Below, piece by piece: positions 36,693-49,930 of a stretch of 64,000 nucleotides of DNA; the stretch's first letter is position 1; the number at the start of each line of letters is the position of its first letter. The position numbers and the translations under genes are program-made. The notes below the pieces were generated by a model, which made no database searches, was not told the origin of the DNA, and was given only the letters and a program-made list of their open reading frames with translations. Source of the DNA: Lama glama (Eukaryota); NCBI GenBank assembly GCA_028534125.1, contig CM052817.1, positions 6,202,001-6,266,000 of the forward strand, in the 5' to 3' direction.

Positions 36693-37203
36693 GTATATAA
36701 ACTTATTTTGTTTACTGTCTACCTCTACCATGAGAATGTAAGTTTCATTAGGGGCTACATTCTTTTGTCAATGGCTATATTCATGGCGTCTAGAGCACTG
36801 GAACACAGTAATTGCTCAATAAATATACTTTGAATAAACATGTCTTCTTATTCTTTTTAGGAAATCAAAGTCCTATCTCATCTTTCAAGGTCCTGCTTAT
36901 GTAATCACCTTTTCCCTAAAGACTTTGTAAGTCTCTTCAACTAGAATTAACCACTCAATCCTCTGGCTTTCCAATAAACCTTGCTTTTATACTTTATTGA
37001 ATGGTTTCTATGCCCTAGACTCACATATGCTGTCTCGTTTAATAATTTATTCCAACCAGTAATACAATGCCTATGAACTTTCAACAAATGTTTTGCAAAG
37101 GATAAATAAATTCTATCTAAAGCCTTGTATGATGAAAATAATAATGCCTAATGTAATGCAGAAAATTAGTTTCAATAGCATTAAGTGTCTTGTAAGAGGT
37201 TTT

Positions 37204-37430
37204 TTAATTCTTATTTTTTATTGAAGTGTAGTCTATTTACAGTGTTAGTTTCAGGTGTACCAGAAAGCAATTCAGTTTTATATATACATGCATATATATT
37301 TCAGTTTCTTTTCTGTTACAGCTCATTACAAGAAATTGAATACAGTTCCTTGTGCTATACAGTAGGTCCTTGTTCTTTATTTTACGTTAGGACTTTGGGA
37401 TTAACAAATACACATTGCTATATATAAAAT
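37204..37430 (-). mobile_element. Short L1 3' end with a ~44-bp 5' inversion
   Basis: Antisense 3' UTR at 37204-37385, then sense ttaggactttgggattaacaaatacacattgctatatataaaat (37387-37430). Confidence 0.8.
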
Positions 37431-38174
37431 TATAGAAGGTTTTATAGAAAATAAATGAGACTCAGAACAAAAATCAAGGTCTTTGACTTTAATTCTACTG
37501 CATTCTTCACTTCAGTACTCTTTTTCAAACACATTGGTCATAGTTCCCAACCTAGATATAAGTGACCAAGTTTTCCTCATGGACTGTCACACCAGTGTAC
37601 TTTGTTCTGTAGGAGAAATATTGAGCTACTTTGTGACTTCGGAACAAAAGATTATGTTTTGTATTGTTAAATCAAAACCTTATATTACTTACCAGTTTGG
37701 ATATATGATTTCCTTGAGAAGAAATAAAATAAGAAGCCATGAGTGTGGTAAAGACGGGAAGGCTGGTACTGCCAGGTGTCAGATCTCCAAGAAATGAAAA
37801 CAAAACCAAACAATAACAATAACAATAACAAAAGTAAGAGTAATAAGAGAGATGAAAGGAAAGATCAACATTAAAAGAAATGATAAAGTGATAATAGAAA
37901 GACTGTTAAGAAAGAAAGCTAAATCTTGTGTATTTATCTAAAAATCTGAGGACAATTTTGCACTAGAATAACTGGTTCAAAATAATCTGGTTAATGGGGC
38001 AGATATGTATGTATATATAAAATATATAGTTTTTCAAAACAATCCCATCATGTTATCCTTTTTTAGGAACAGTTTTTTTTTTATCACTAACTCTTAGTTT
38101 GATCCGAGCATAAATTAAGTGCCAAGCTTATGGTAAAAATAATATAATTTAACTGCAGTTCAGAATCAGCCTGG

Positions 38175-38650
38175 AGAGCCTTCCACATCTGACCAAGGTG
38201 GAGTGGTAAGAACAGCCCTACCCTCTCTCCTAGATCAACCAACAACTTAAAAAATGCTACCATGGCTTTCGAGACACAGAGCATCAGGCAAAGTCATCAC
38301 TGTGAGAAAGGAAATGAATGAAGTAAGCCCTGTGCTTGCCTCAGAATGTTTTCTGCTTAGCAATTTATGTTCCCAGGGAGTTCAACACTATGTCTTGTAT
38401 ATTTATCCGCTTTACAAATATACCCTGAGCTTCTGCTACAAAGAAGACTCTGCTCTAAATGTTTGGGGAAGCATGTAAACAAGCTAGAGAGGTAGTATGG
38501 CAGCAAAGGCTTTTGCATGGTTATTCTTTGCATGAGAGTCACCAGACAAAGATCCAAGCACGGGCAGAAGTTCCGCGGGTCTCTGTACTCCAGAGTGTGC
38601 CCTTGGGTGTGGAGCCTGCGTCCATTCAGGGAGACCTCAACCTTTGATTC
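38175..38650 (+). mobile_element. Old L1M 5' UTR fragment (L1MC/MD-type)
   Basis: ttccacatctgaccaaggtggagt...ccatggctttcgagacacagagcatcaggca...aatgaagtaagccctgtgcttgcc resembles the recalled L1MD 5' end. Confidence 0.6.
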
Positions 38651-38819
38651 ACAAAGAGCTTGTGGGAGGATCTTACAGACACGGTTTCTATCCTTACTTG
38701 GCTTTCGCTGTAGGTGGAGATTCATAATAACCATCTGAAGAGGGCGATTATAAACAGTAAGTGCTATGCAGAAATGAAACAGAGTTGCAAGAAAGTCACT
38801 AAGGCGCTACCTCATTTGT

Positions 38820-39741
38820 TTATTAGTTTAGTAATTCTTCTTGATTTTTTTGATGACATATATGTTTCAAAATTCAAGAGGACAAAAGAGAACACAGGGA
38901 AAAGTAATGCGTTATCCTCCCTGCCCTCATGCAAGTTTTCAACTCACCACTTCTCCAGAGACAACTGTCAATTTTTTGTGCGGTGTTCTATAGATAGTCC
39001 ATGTCTATGAAACCACACATGTGATGCTTTAAAACTTTCTCCACAAACAGTATATACAAACGTATGGTTCTGCATCTAGTTTTTCCCATATAAAAATATG
39101 TGTACAGATCATTCTTCATCAGCATATAGAGCTGTCATTCTTTTTCATGGTTGCTTAATATAACATAGAATGGAGAGATCTGGATTTATTTGATTAATTC
39201 TACATGCATAGAATTTTAGGTCATATTCAGTCTGTTAGAAAACAAAGCAACATTGAATATTGCTGAGGAAATATCATCTCACACATGTGAAAATTGATCT
39301 GTAGAGTAACTTCCTAAATAGAAATTGCTGAGTCAAAATTTATTTGGGTTTAATTTAATAGAAATTTCTCTTTTCCCCTGAAGTTTAACCAATATAAGCT
39401 TTTACCAGCAATCTATAAAAGTGTTTCTCCTTATGTAAATATTATGAAACTTTTAGATTTTTGTGCTTACAAATTAGGCATAAAAGTGATAATTTTTTAT
39501 AGATTCACTATGAGTGATATTTTGAGGGGGTTTATTAGGAGCTTTTCTATCTTAAACAGACTCTGCACACCCTTTATCTATTCTTCTATTAGGTCCTTGG
39601 CAATTTTTTATTTTTTACCGAGTTTTAGGAGATCACCTCACATTTAGGACATTCACCATTAAGTCTATGATACACTCTGTAAATATTTTTACCAGGATGT
39701 CAATTTCCTTTTGATTTTTCTTTTTTTGTGGCATTTTTCCA
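38820..39741 (-). mobile_element. Old L1ME fragment (continues at ~40010-40050)
   Basis: tttcaaaattcaagaggacaaaag; tagagtaacttcctaaatagaaattgctgagtcaaa; taccagcaatctataaaagtg. Confidence 0.7.
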
Positions 39742-39750
39742 GGCCAACTT

Positions 39751-40009
39751 TGGAATACTACTCAGCCATAAAAACCAACAACATAATGCCATTTGCAGCA
39801 ACATGGATGCTCCTGGAGAATGTCATTCTAAGTGAAGTAAGGCAGAAAGAGAAAGAAAAATACCATATGAGATCGCTCATATGTGGAATCTAAAAACAAA
39901 AACAAAAACAAAAACAAGCAAACAAAGCATAAATACAAAATAGAAACAGACTAATAGACATAGAATACAAACTTGTGGTTGCCAAGGCGGCGGAGGGTGG
40001 GAAGGGATA
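39751..40009 (+). mobile_element. Young L1 internal fragment lacking 3' end and poly-A
   Basis: Near-identical to ~15682-15925 (EYYSAIKTNNIMPFAATWMLLENVILSEV); stops at gggtgggaagggata. Confidence 0.92.
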
Positions 40010-41474
40010 TACATAAAATGTACTTTTATGTAGTCAAGTTCTTTTACTGAGTAAACTGTGAAGAGAGGACGTGGGAGGATCAATAGTGGAAAGGAATTGG
40101 TTAATGGATTGGTGGTCAGAAAGTTGCAAGGATTAATCACTGGATAAGGGATCATAAGGCTGAATGAGGTAACAGATCAAGGTGAGGACTCGGGGTAGAA
40201 TGCTGCCCTACTCATGCTATCAGAGGGGTATTGGTGGTGACAAGTTTAGGATATGGCCACACGAGCGGTAGCTGGCAGAAAGTAGACAACTGGATGCTCA
40301 GGGGGAAGAATGGAGATAGCTGTGTATCAGAAAAACCTTCTTCTTTGAACATGGAAGTGACAGGTGTATGGGTGGAAAGGTGAAAAGGAATAGTGACGTG
40401 CAGGATTGAAAGCAACGTAGAAGTACTTAGTAAGTGCTCATCTGCGAGAAAAAATTGGCAGGAGGTAAGGGGACAGCTTTCTATTTCACTTCATTGTTTT
40501 ATTGCTATTGTGGCATAGCTGTGTGAGCCCAGTGGATCAAGTGCTGGGAGGAGAGTCAGAAATAGGTCTCTGTGTAAGACTCTTCTCTTCTCTGAGCCTC
40601 AGTCATTGCATTTGTAAAGTGAGTCTGTTGGACTAAGTGAACCGTATAGCCATGTCTAGCTCTAATATTCCATGAATTTACAGTGCTCTGGGCAGCATCA
40701 CTACAGACTGATACCTTTCCTACCAGACACATGATATGAGGGCAAGCCTGAAACCACAGCACACTCAACAAAGTGTCAGATGGAGTAGGGTAGACCAGTT
40801 CTTCTGGTTGGCATGGGGCCATCTTCTAAGCAAGGCTGTCTCCAAGGGAGCTTTTGAAATATTGACAGCCAACTTGGACCAAGGCCCAGAATTGAAAAGA
40901 GATCAAAAGCCTAGCCTTAAATAAAACCAGCTGGAAACATAGCTATTAAAAAGAGAAGGAGGAAAAAAACAGATACTGTAGGCTGGGACCTTATTTTAAC
41001 ATGTAAAACACAAACACTGGAGGCTGAGAATCAGACCCTTTGCAGAGCATTTATAGAAGAGGTTGAGCGAGCATTTTGATTTGTGTAATGAGAACCGGCT
41101 GTTTAAACATGTTTAGTCTCATTAACCGTGAGTAGGAAGAGACGTCTTTCTCTTGTGCTTGACGGGACTACGGCAAATGTGTCTTTGCAAAAAGAACTTG
41201 GAGGTGAAAGCGACAAAGCTGCCTCCACATTATCTCATTTAATTTTCATAAGAAACCTTCAAAGATGAGGAAATAAAGCTCAGAGCGGCTGAGTGTGCTT
41301 CTAAGTAACTGAGGCTGAGAACATTTAAATAACTTGTCCCAACAAATGACCAAACTGAAACCCTTAAAATGACAAAACCGGCAGCAAGAATGAGACACAC
41401 AGTTTGGAGTCAGGTTAGCAGAGAGGCTGGAGGAGGGTGGGTTCCTGGGGCAAAGTGATGGATCTACAGAGGAA

Positions 41475-41684
41475 CAGGGTGTCTCAGCCTTGGCACGGGG
41501 GACATGGGATCAGATTAATCCTTGTTGCGGAGGTCCGTCCTCTGACACTGTAGAGTGTCTAGCAGCCTCCGTGGCTTGATCAGTAATGCTCTTTCCTCCT
41601 GTGGTGACAATCAAAAAATCTCTCCAGACATTGCCCAACGTCCCCTGAGGAGGAAGCAGAATCACCTCCAGCTGTAAACCATCT
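41475..41684. mobile_element. MER20 (hAT-Charlie MITE)
   Basis: tctcagccttggcac...gtgacaatcaaaaaatctctccagacattgccca..gtcccctg...agaatcacctccagctg.aaacca. Confidence 0.85.
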
Positions 41685-43419
41685 AGCTGGAGAAAGAAAC
41701 AGCTCTGACATGAAACGTGGTGGGGACTAAATCACATTAAGAAGGAGAAGTTTTGCTGCAAGAATCGAGTCCTAATGGACGAGACTCTGTTGCCCCATCT
41801 CAAAAGGTTCCTCTATGTCTGTCTGCCCATGTCTTACAAGATAAGCAGTCCTGGTCCAGTCACTCAGCCCTGCTAATGCTCCACTCCTCCATAATTAAAG
41901 TCAGAATAGCAAATAGTCATACGTAACTTTCACAGTTGATGAGAAGTTTGAAAAACATAATAGCATGTATGTAAACATATCAGCGTCTAATAGCCTCTCA
42001 ATGAACTTAGGGGATGTGAGTACGCATGCTCGTTTATGTGACTATAAACACGCTATTCAAGTATAGGAATAATGTCTTAAGTCATCTTTATAACTCATTC
42101 TTCTCACTCAATGTCTTGCACATTTGAGTACGTAAGAAATGTTACAAAAAATTAAAGTAGTTTTTTCTTCTAGCCTTATAATATTTAATTTCCTAATGGA
42201 TACTTAATATTAAAAAATTTTCTATTTGTTACCAAAAATGTTAATAATATACCATTAAAGTAGAGCTTTTCAGAAGTTTTGCATTTTTGAGGTTTAAAAG
42301 TCACTGTAAGCACACGTTTAATGAAAGCCTGCTATGTGTTAGCCTCTGCGCCTGGGGTGAGAAGTGTACAACTGCATGTGCTGTGGCTATTGTTAAAACA
42401 GTCACAGCCCAGAGAAAAATGCTCAAGACAATAATGCCCGTGAGTTTAATGCTACTTTAGCAGAGGTCTGTGCAAGAGAGAAGACTCAATTACATCTGAA
42501 ACTGCAGATGCCAAATATGCTGTTTCCACCCCCAAGAATATTATTAACGTGGTCTCTGAGTGGGCCCTGTGTCCATTCAGAAGTGATCTTACTCGACTAG
42601 AGCTTTATCCTTGGACTTTGGAAAATCAAATAGACTTAATAACTGATGAAGAGGCCAGAAGACCCCCAAAGATGACTTTTATTTTATTCTTAAATCTTAA
42701 AAAATGTAGACAATCTGGAAAGGCTTAAAAAGGATTATTTCTTTTCATTTATTGACGTGGTCACCATCATCATTATTATTGCCACATTTAATATTTATTG
42801 AATGTCAAGCAAACTTGGGCTAAGAATAGAGCAGAATGTAGGAGGAAGCTAGTGGACTGATGTATAAAATGAGTGCCCTGGATGGAAACTGTGAGATTCA
42901 TTCGTGATGCGTAGACTTATGCTCAAGGGTGAGAACTGGATTCAAGGGTAGACCATACAAACGGGTTTAGACTCTATTATGGACGGTACTGCTCCAGTTG
43001 GATTCCTTTTGGGGATGTTCGCACTTCTCCATGAAGAACCAGTGTATTTTAAGCCGATCTCTGTCTAACAAAACGGTCATTATATACTTGCACTTTGTCC
43101 AGGGACTCAGGCTGGTTTTATACAAGATAAAGCAAATATCTATTTCTCAGAGGGAAAGATAACGATATCGTAAGCAGACACGGACGGCAGAGGATGAAAC
43201 AGCGGCTTTGAGTGTGATTTAGTTACTTAGGTTTCCGGTTTCTAAAAAGTTTAAAAAAAAGAAAGAAAAGAAAAGAGAAAAGAAGTAGAAACAAAGGAAG
43301 CTCAGAGCTGCATGTCTTCACTGAAGACGTTTCATTTCAGAGATGAGGCAAAATAGAGTGAAATAGAGAAAAAAATGCACGAGCAATTTCAGGAGATTTA
43401 ATTAAAAAAAACCTTTCAG

Positions 43420-44188
43420 GTTAATTTGCCTTCACAACGTGCCAAATCGATGCCCTCACTCTTTGCCACTGAACGTGGTTGCGCTGCGTGTAGTAGACCT
43501 CTGTTGGTTGCCCCAGCAGCGTCAGCTTCCTCGTTCTCTTTGTTGGAAACGCCTTGATTTCCGCTGGGGGACCAGTGTGGCTTTAGAGAAGCTGACTCCC
43601 CACCTGTCTCCGAGAGTCAGGCACTGTCCTTGGCTGACGTCTGATTCAGGATGGACACGAGATCTAAGCTAGTGCAGCTAGGGCTAGAATTGGAACTCTT
43701 GCTTATGCTTCTGGGATACAGGGGCTTTCTCTGCCGCTGAAGTTTGAAGGTTGTACAAATGAGGCTTGAAATTGTCATAGCTAATATTGATAAGAAGCCA
43801 CCCGGAGGATGAAACCATAGCAGAAGGCAGGGTTCAGAGTTTCTAAGAGAAATAAAGCTGAAATCTTGGTAACAATGTAAACCTCTGACTCAAACTATGA
43901 CTGAAACCCTCCTAATCTCTTTTTTTTTAATATATTGTTGCCTCTTATAAAAAATTGTTTGCTTAGGGGGGAGGTAACCAGCTTTAATTTATTTATCATT
44001 TTAATGGAGGTACTGGGGATTGAAATCAGGACCTCATGCATGTTTAGCGTGCATTTTAACACTGAGCTATACCCTCCCCCTTCTCCTAATCTTTATGGTT
44101 CTAAGTAGCATAAGTTAAAACTTACTTTTCTTAGTCAATTAGGTGTAGTCCTTATTAGTAATAACTAAAGGGATTCTAATAAATACAT
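43420..44188 (+). mobile_element. Old MaLR LTR (MLT1J/K-like), interrupted by a SINE
   Basis: gaggatgaaaccatagcagaaggcag...ctctgactcaaactatgactgaa...aactaaagggattctaataaataca. Confidence 0.55.
43919..44082 (-). mobile_element. tRNA-Ala-derived SINE (camelid Vic-1-like)
   Basis: Homologous to 13345-13456 (gaggtactggggattgaa..cagg.cctcatgcatg...gagctataccctcccc); TSD ctcctaatct at 43909-43918 and 44083-44092. Confidence 0.9.
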
Positions 44189-45539
44189 GTTAAGAAATGG
44201 TGACTCTCGTGTAGCCATCCCAATGTAACTGACCCTGTGTTAATTACTGCAGGTTACAGAGAATTATAAATTCTCCAAATCCATTCTCTCCTCTTTTCTG
44301 CAATGCTCCTCCAAAGAGGTGAAAAATTCCTATTTAATTTTGACAGCTCAGTTCAACTTCCCCCTGTTATGTGAATTAACCCAATCTTGCTCCTAACCTT
44401 AATAAAATAAATCATTTCCTCTTTGCATTCACATCATTATAATTATAATTCACATGAAGCACTCCCCACACTGTCTTCTGGTTGGTTGTTTATGAGATTG
44501 TCTCCTCTCATTATTATATGTTTCTGTATCCCAAGTGCCTGGAACAGAAGTTTGCCCATAGTATGTGCACGATTTCACTCATCCCTCCATTGTTTTAGAC
44601 AGTCAGACATTGTAATTCAAGGATGAATGCCCTCTTCTTGGCTTTTAAAGAGACTACAGTCTAAGGGCATACATTTTTTGTTGTACATTTCTAGTAGTTT
44701 ATATATTATTTGTTTCTGCCTACAATAGTAATTAAAGCACAACTGTAATATATAACTTTATTTATAAATGATACAGATATACTACTGTGGTAATATATTA
44801 TTCACGTTACAAAATTTAAAGCAAGCACTAGATGAGCTAAAACTAAGCATAAATCAAAGACCTACTAATTTATCACTGCATTCTAAAGGATTGTCCTGTA
44901 TATGTCCTGGGTCCCCAGCCCAGGGTGAAGACCGCTGGCCCATTGGCTCAGAAATCAGACAGATGGGTTGGGAGTTCCCTGTGAGGTTTGTCCAGTATGG
45001 AGAAGAAGAGATGGAAGGGGAACCACCCGTGCTCTGAGCCTGAGGCTGCTGGGATGGTGGGAAGAGCTGTTCAGATGGGTTCAATTCTCAACTTTCATGC
45101 TCTTAGGCTTCAAAGAGGGGAAAGGCTGGAGTCCCCCTACCCCCCAAGAAAAACATCACATTTTCCTTCCTCCCAGAACAATCCACAGAAAGCAGGCTTC
45201 CTGTGGGGACTAAAGGCTAATGTCCTCCGGTGAGGATTAATCCTGTTGTTTCCACAGCATTCTGCTTGCACGGTTCCTGGCAGTGCAGAGTGCAGAATGT
45301 GTCTGGAATTCTACACCGCCAAAACAAGGGTCTTTTCTAACTTAGTCATTAGCTCTGCATCCATCACTCATATTGAACACAAAGGGCTTGATGTTAACCT
45401 TGATGCCAAGAGATCTTTATTAGCTCCCTGACTCCCAATGTCTCCAACCAGGCAGAACTAAGGGGGTTCAGTATTTCATTTGCCATATGCCCGCTGGATA
45501 TTTTTAAAAGGGCAGAACAAATGAACTAGAATGAACTAT

Positions 45540-45720
45540 CTCATGAATTTGTATCCCCTCACGGAAGTCCCATGAAGTGTGTATTATCCCATTTTACAAA
45601 TAAGGCAACCAAGGCTATGAAAATTTAATAACTTCCTCCAAAGTCAATTAGTGTGTTGAGGGACCAGGATTCAAACCAGAGTTCTTTGGCTTTGTTTATT
45701 TTTAATTCCTCCTACTATAC
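45540..45720 (-). mobile_element. MIR SINE
   Basis: tattatcccattttacaaataaggcaaccaaggct...aataacttcctccaaagtca...caggattcaaaccagag. Confidence 0.7.
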
Positions 45721-48700
45721 AACATTGCTCTATCTCATCAATGACGGTGGAATTATTTGTTATAAAAGTATTCCATTCTGCTTTATTTGTAAGCAGGTAG
45801 CAAGTAAATGGAATCCTACAGCTTCAGTGTCTAAAGGGGCTGTAGAAATAGCATATTCTTCATATAGGAGCATAGTATCCTTTTGGATTGTTCTTTTAAT
45901 ATTTATTTCACCTGCAAGGTGGACCAACTGGCTTTCCTAGTGGTGGAGCTGGGAATACAGTCAGAGTCCTTCCCTCAAGCCTGCCTTTACTTTTTACTAC
46001 CCTATATGCATTTTCTGGTTATTTATGAAGACGAGAGGGCAGGGCTTTACAAATGGAACACATGTTACCACTTTATAGCATCTCAGAATTTAACAAGTAC
46101 TTTCATAGACATTATTTCCTTTAAGTCTCATCACCACCCTGTGAGGTAACTATTCTTCCTCTCATCCAAATAGATTTAGAAACTACAGATATGTTCAGTT
46201 ATATGACTGAGGACCTAGGACTTGAAAACCATAGGATTCTGCTGTCCCCAGGTAGGTCCACCTAATGTTTGTTTTCAGCTTTATATTTTATGCAGGTGTT
46301 TACAATGCTAGATGTTACTTCACAGTTTCATCAGCTGTTAACATCAAATTATGCATGAGGCATGAGGGTCAAACCACAGATCATACTGAGGGTTGTTCTT
46401 GCGTCTGACTTTTTCTAGCTAGGAGAGCAAAAGGGATCCTAGTTATCGGTAATGAGACATTTCACTTAATTTCCATATTTACACAATCTTTTAACTCTAA
46501 TAGACAGGAAGTGAAAACACAATGCAAATTATAAAAGTATCATAAAAGTATAACACATAAAGATAAAGACAGGGGATAATCAGAAGAGCCTCAGCCTAGC
46601 TCAGAGGGGAGATCTGAGACATCCTTCTTATAATACTGATGTTAATAGGTACATTTTGTGGTGTCTAAGCATGATGTAGATCTTATATCCATACATGCTC
46701 ACAAAATCCTGTGAAACAGGTTGCTATTGTGATTAGCACTGGTCTAATTTTACAGAGAGACCAGCCACGCTGGGCTGGGATTCCACAGGGTCTGTGACTT
46801 TAAAGTCTGGACCAGCTGAGTAGAGCCCACGCGCTACAATGCTTCTCGGAGAGTTTGTCTCTTTGGTGATGCGTTAGCTCACCTTGGGAAGAAAGGGTGT
46901 CACGGACCTGTTCATACCCTCATCTTCTTTAAAGGGTTTCTTTGGTAGTCAGCACTAAAGGGGCAATAGATTTAAATGCTCTTTGGAGGAATATTCTTGT
47001 CAAAGAACCAGTCAAATACTGAAAATGTCTTTTCTGTTTTTCCCCCAATCAAGATGGAAGTGGAAATACATTCTATTGAGTGTCAAGACCAGGTACAGCA
47101 CTTGATGTTTAACACAAAGCATAATTTGCCCTGTAACATAAACTGAGACCCAGAGAGTACTAGTTCCTGCACAAGAACACCAAAGAAGAAACAAAGTTGA
47201 GGGCTTAAGTGAGATCTGTCTGAAGCCCAAAGCTGTGCATGATGCAGAGTCAGTGTCGCATCAGTCAGTTTCAGCAAACACTGAACCCCCATTGTATGTG
47301 AGAGTCTTACTGTGGGGACACATGGATGAGGCTGAGCTGAGCTGGTCATCAAAGAACTTGTGTTCAGTGGGTTTATATGTTTCAAAGTCAGGTGTGACTA
47401 GTAATGTAAGAGCCATGTAGACTAAGTTTTCTAAGTAAGACTTATGGAGAAATATCATATAATTTGGATGGAGGGTGCAGAGTGGAGTGAGTTAGGAGAA
47501 GCTTTGTAGACCAGGAAGCCACTGAATTAAATCCAGAAGAGGAAATAGGACAGAGGTGGAAAATGCCCTTCGGAAAAACAAAGATATGGGAAAGGAACGG
47601 GGACCTTATTTAGGATCTTATAGGTACTAATACAAGTTGTAATAGTCACAGTGGTCAAATGCAAGCATTTATTCAACAATGCTGGACTGGGTTGGTTACA
47701 ATTAGAGCCTATCTTTAGTTTGTATCACGTCTGCCCATTAACCTCACTCTGTGGATCGTTGGTGTATCCAGGAGACCCAGTGTATCTCATAAGAAAGTAT
47801 GAGAGTAAGATAAGAGAGTAAATACATGGAGACTGACATAGGGCCTTCATGTTGCAGGATAATTGTAGGACTTAGCTGAGACTGAGAGCCGGATGCACCA
47901 GACAAGTGAAGTCCTGATTTAAACAGAGCTCCCCAACTGTCACAGGTATGCTGGCCCAGGATGGGTAGCCGTAGAAGGGGTGGGTGGGGTGCTGCCCAGG
48001 TAAGACTCACCACCTGGAGGGGCAGAAGTCCTGTCCTCTGGAGAGCTTGCTCCCAATGGGGGGAGATAAATAGAGCAGGCCCACTTAATTCTTGCAAATG
48101 TGTCACTGAGAGAAGTCACTATACCTCCCCTGAGAAAGGTGCCAAAAAGGTGCTAACAGTTTGAATTTTATTGACTCCTTCCTATGTGAGAAAGGTCTTT
48201 TCATGATCCTGTGATATCCTGGCCCAGACAAAGTCTTAGCCATTCCCAGATATTCTGGAGGTAAGTCGAAGCTCAAATCCTTCTAAGTAATTCAAATGTC
48301 TACACTGGTGTGAACATCAAAACCCAAGCCTTATTCAAATTTATATTCTTCCCCTGCCTGAGTTAGGCCACCTTCAGGCTTGGAAGCCTTGGGTGGTACA
48401 TGGGCAGTGAGCATCTCTTCTGTCTCCCCACCACTGCTCCTACTCTCTCTAGTCTAGGTTTCTGTTCCTTCTACGATCAAATATATGAGGAGAAGGTGTA
48501 AGGGAAAAGGGCCTGAGGTAACTTGGCCAACATGATGGGAGGACATGCGGTCAAGTGTGGTTCCTACAGCACATTGGCTTTCTGTCAGTCTCTCCAGGAG
48601 TCCCATTTAAGGATGGATTTCAGAGGTCTTCCTCCTAGAGGCTTCTACCCATAGGTCCCTTAATTCAGGGATAGTCCTGGACACAGTACTCCCACCTGTG

Positions 48701-49459
48701 GTCTTCTCTGGGCAAAGGCCACATATTTCATAGGTCCTGTAACTCAGAGGAGCCTTAGTGCTCTTCTGAAGCCCTCCACGTGGTCTGAAGTAAGGGACTA
48801 GTACTTCCTTCTTCCTTGTGGGTTCTGGGGAAGTAGCACACAGTCCCCACAGACACTCCCTTAAAAGGAAACCTTTCTCACCTGCTCTTCCACTCGAACC
48901 CTTTATTCTTTTGAAGTGGGTGATGGACAATCTTATCTATACAGTTCTGTATTGAATATGGCCCAGCCTTTATTTTAGGATCTGGCTGATTGGCACCCAC
49001 TGTTGTGGTCTCTGGGCAGAGAGAAGAGGTCCCATTTATCGGCCTTTTATGCTAACATTTATTAAGGGCTTGCTACATGCCGACTACTGTGCTAATCTCT
49101 GGTTATTCATTTAATCCCCAGAGAAGCCTATCAGGTAGGCATTGTTTTACTGATGAGGGAATTTTGACACAATAATTCAAGTTAAGGTAGTTATAAGCAT
49201 TGGAGCTGGACATTCATCCAGGAAGTCTGATAATTTTCAAATGGTTAAACACTGCCTTGATTTCCCCCTTCCTCTGCAGTAGCAGCAGAGTTGGGAATCC
49301 TGCCAAGGTCAACTTCTCAGAAGGAAACCATGATTACATCCCACCTGTGCTGAGCACACTAGTTGATTTAGATGGAACACAGTGGAGTCAGGGGAAGGAA
49401 GGTAAAGAGGAAAAGGGTGGACAGCCTTAGAAACCAGTGAAGGAGGGTGCAGAGGGGGG

Positions 49460-49930
49460 GCATAGACTTTGAAGTCCAACAGGCTGGGCTTGGCCTTGTT
49501 CTTTGCTAGGAGAGTGGCTTTGGCAAATTATTCCACCAACCTGAGTCTTCGTTTCAACTCCATAAAGTAAGGATAATAATATGCATCACAGGACTGATCT
49601 GAGAAACAAATGAGATGATGTAAGTGCTCATAAAATAGTGTGAAATATTAGGCAATCAAGGGCTGTGACTGTCTTTATTATTGTTGCTGTTGCTACTCTA
49701 GCCGTTGACGTGGCTAATGTTTACCAAGCAGTTATCACCTGCTGGATCATGGTGTAAGTGCTGTGCATGTATTTACTTGTTTAATTTTCAAACACGATGA
49801 GACAGTACAATTCCTGTCTCCATTTATAGAAGAATAAACCCAAGCATGGATGAATAATTCGCTTAATGTTATAGCCGGTGAGTGGCAAACTGGAGCCCGA
49901 GCAGAGGAGACCTGTGGACGGAGCCCAGGT
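49460..49930. mobile_element. Two tail-to-tail MIR SINEs
   Basis: + copy: ctgagtcttcgtttcaactccataaagtaaggataataat; - copy: gctaatgtttaccaagcagtta...ctccatttatagaaga. Confidence 0.6.

Larger units (their letters stand above)
33975..36840 (+). mobile_element. Fragmented L2 hosting MLT2, two L1 pieces and a MaLR LTR
   Basis: tatactgatgactccaaattttatatc; ctctggtcaaattttagt; tttccttggcttccaag; terminal gaatgtaagtttcatta...gctcaataaatat. Confidence 0.7.

Noticed and set aside
4277..40009. Possible 36-kb inversion: the L1 pieces at 4025-4276 (-) and 39751-40009 (+) are nearly adjacent parts of one L1 in compatible orientation
   Set aside because: The 4-kb piece has its own putative TSD, and the host sequence appears continuous across both sites. 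Independent insertions explain it better.
41086..41124. taatgaga...tctcatta hairpin
   Set aside because: Only 8 bp of stem; the interior pairs poorly.
44700..45084. Possible last exon and polyA site of a minus-strand gene (76-aa ORF)
   Set aside because: In-frame stop just upstream, no acceptor, unrecognised peptide; the AT-rich part resembles a decayed L1ME end.
46882..47018. Minus-strand exon candidate with AG|GTGAG donor
   Set aside because: Stops in all three frames and a weak acceptor.
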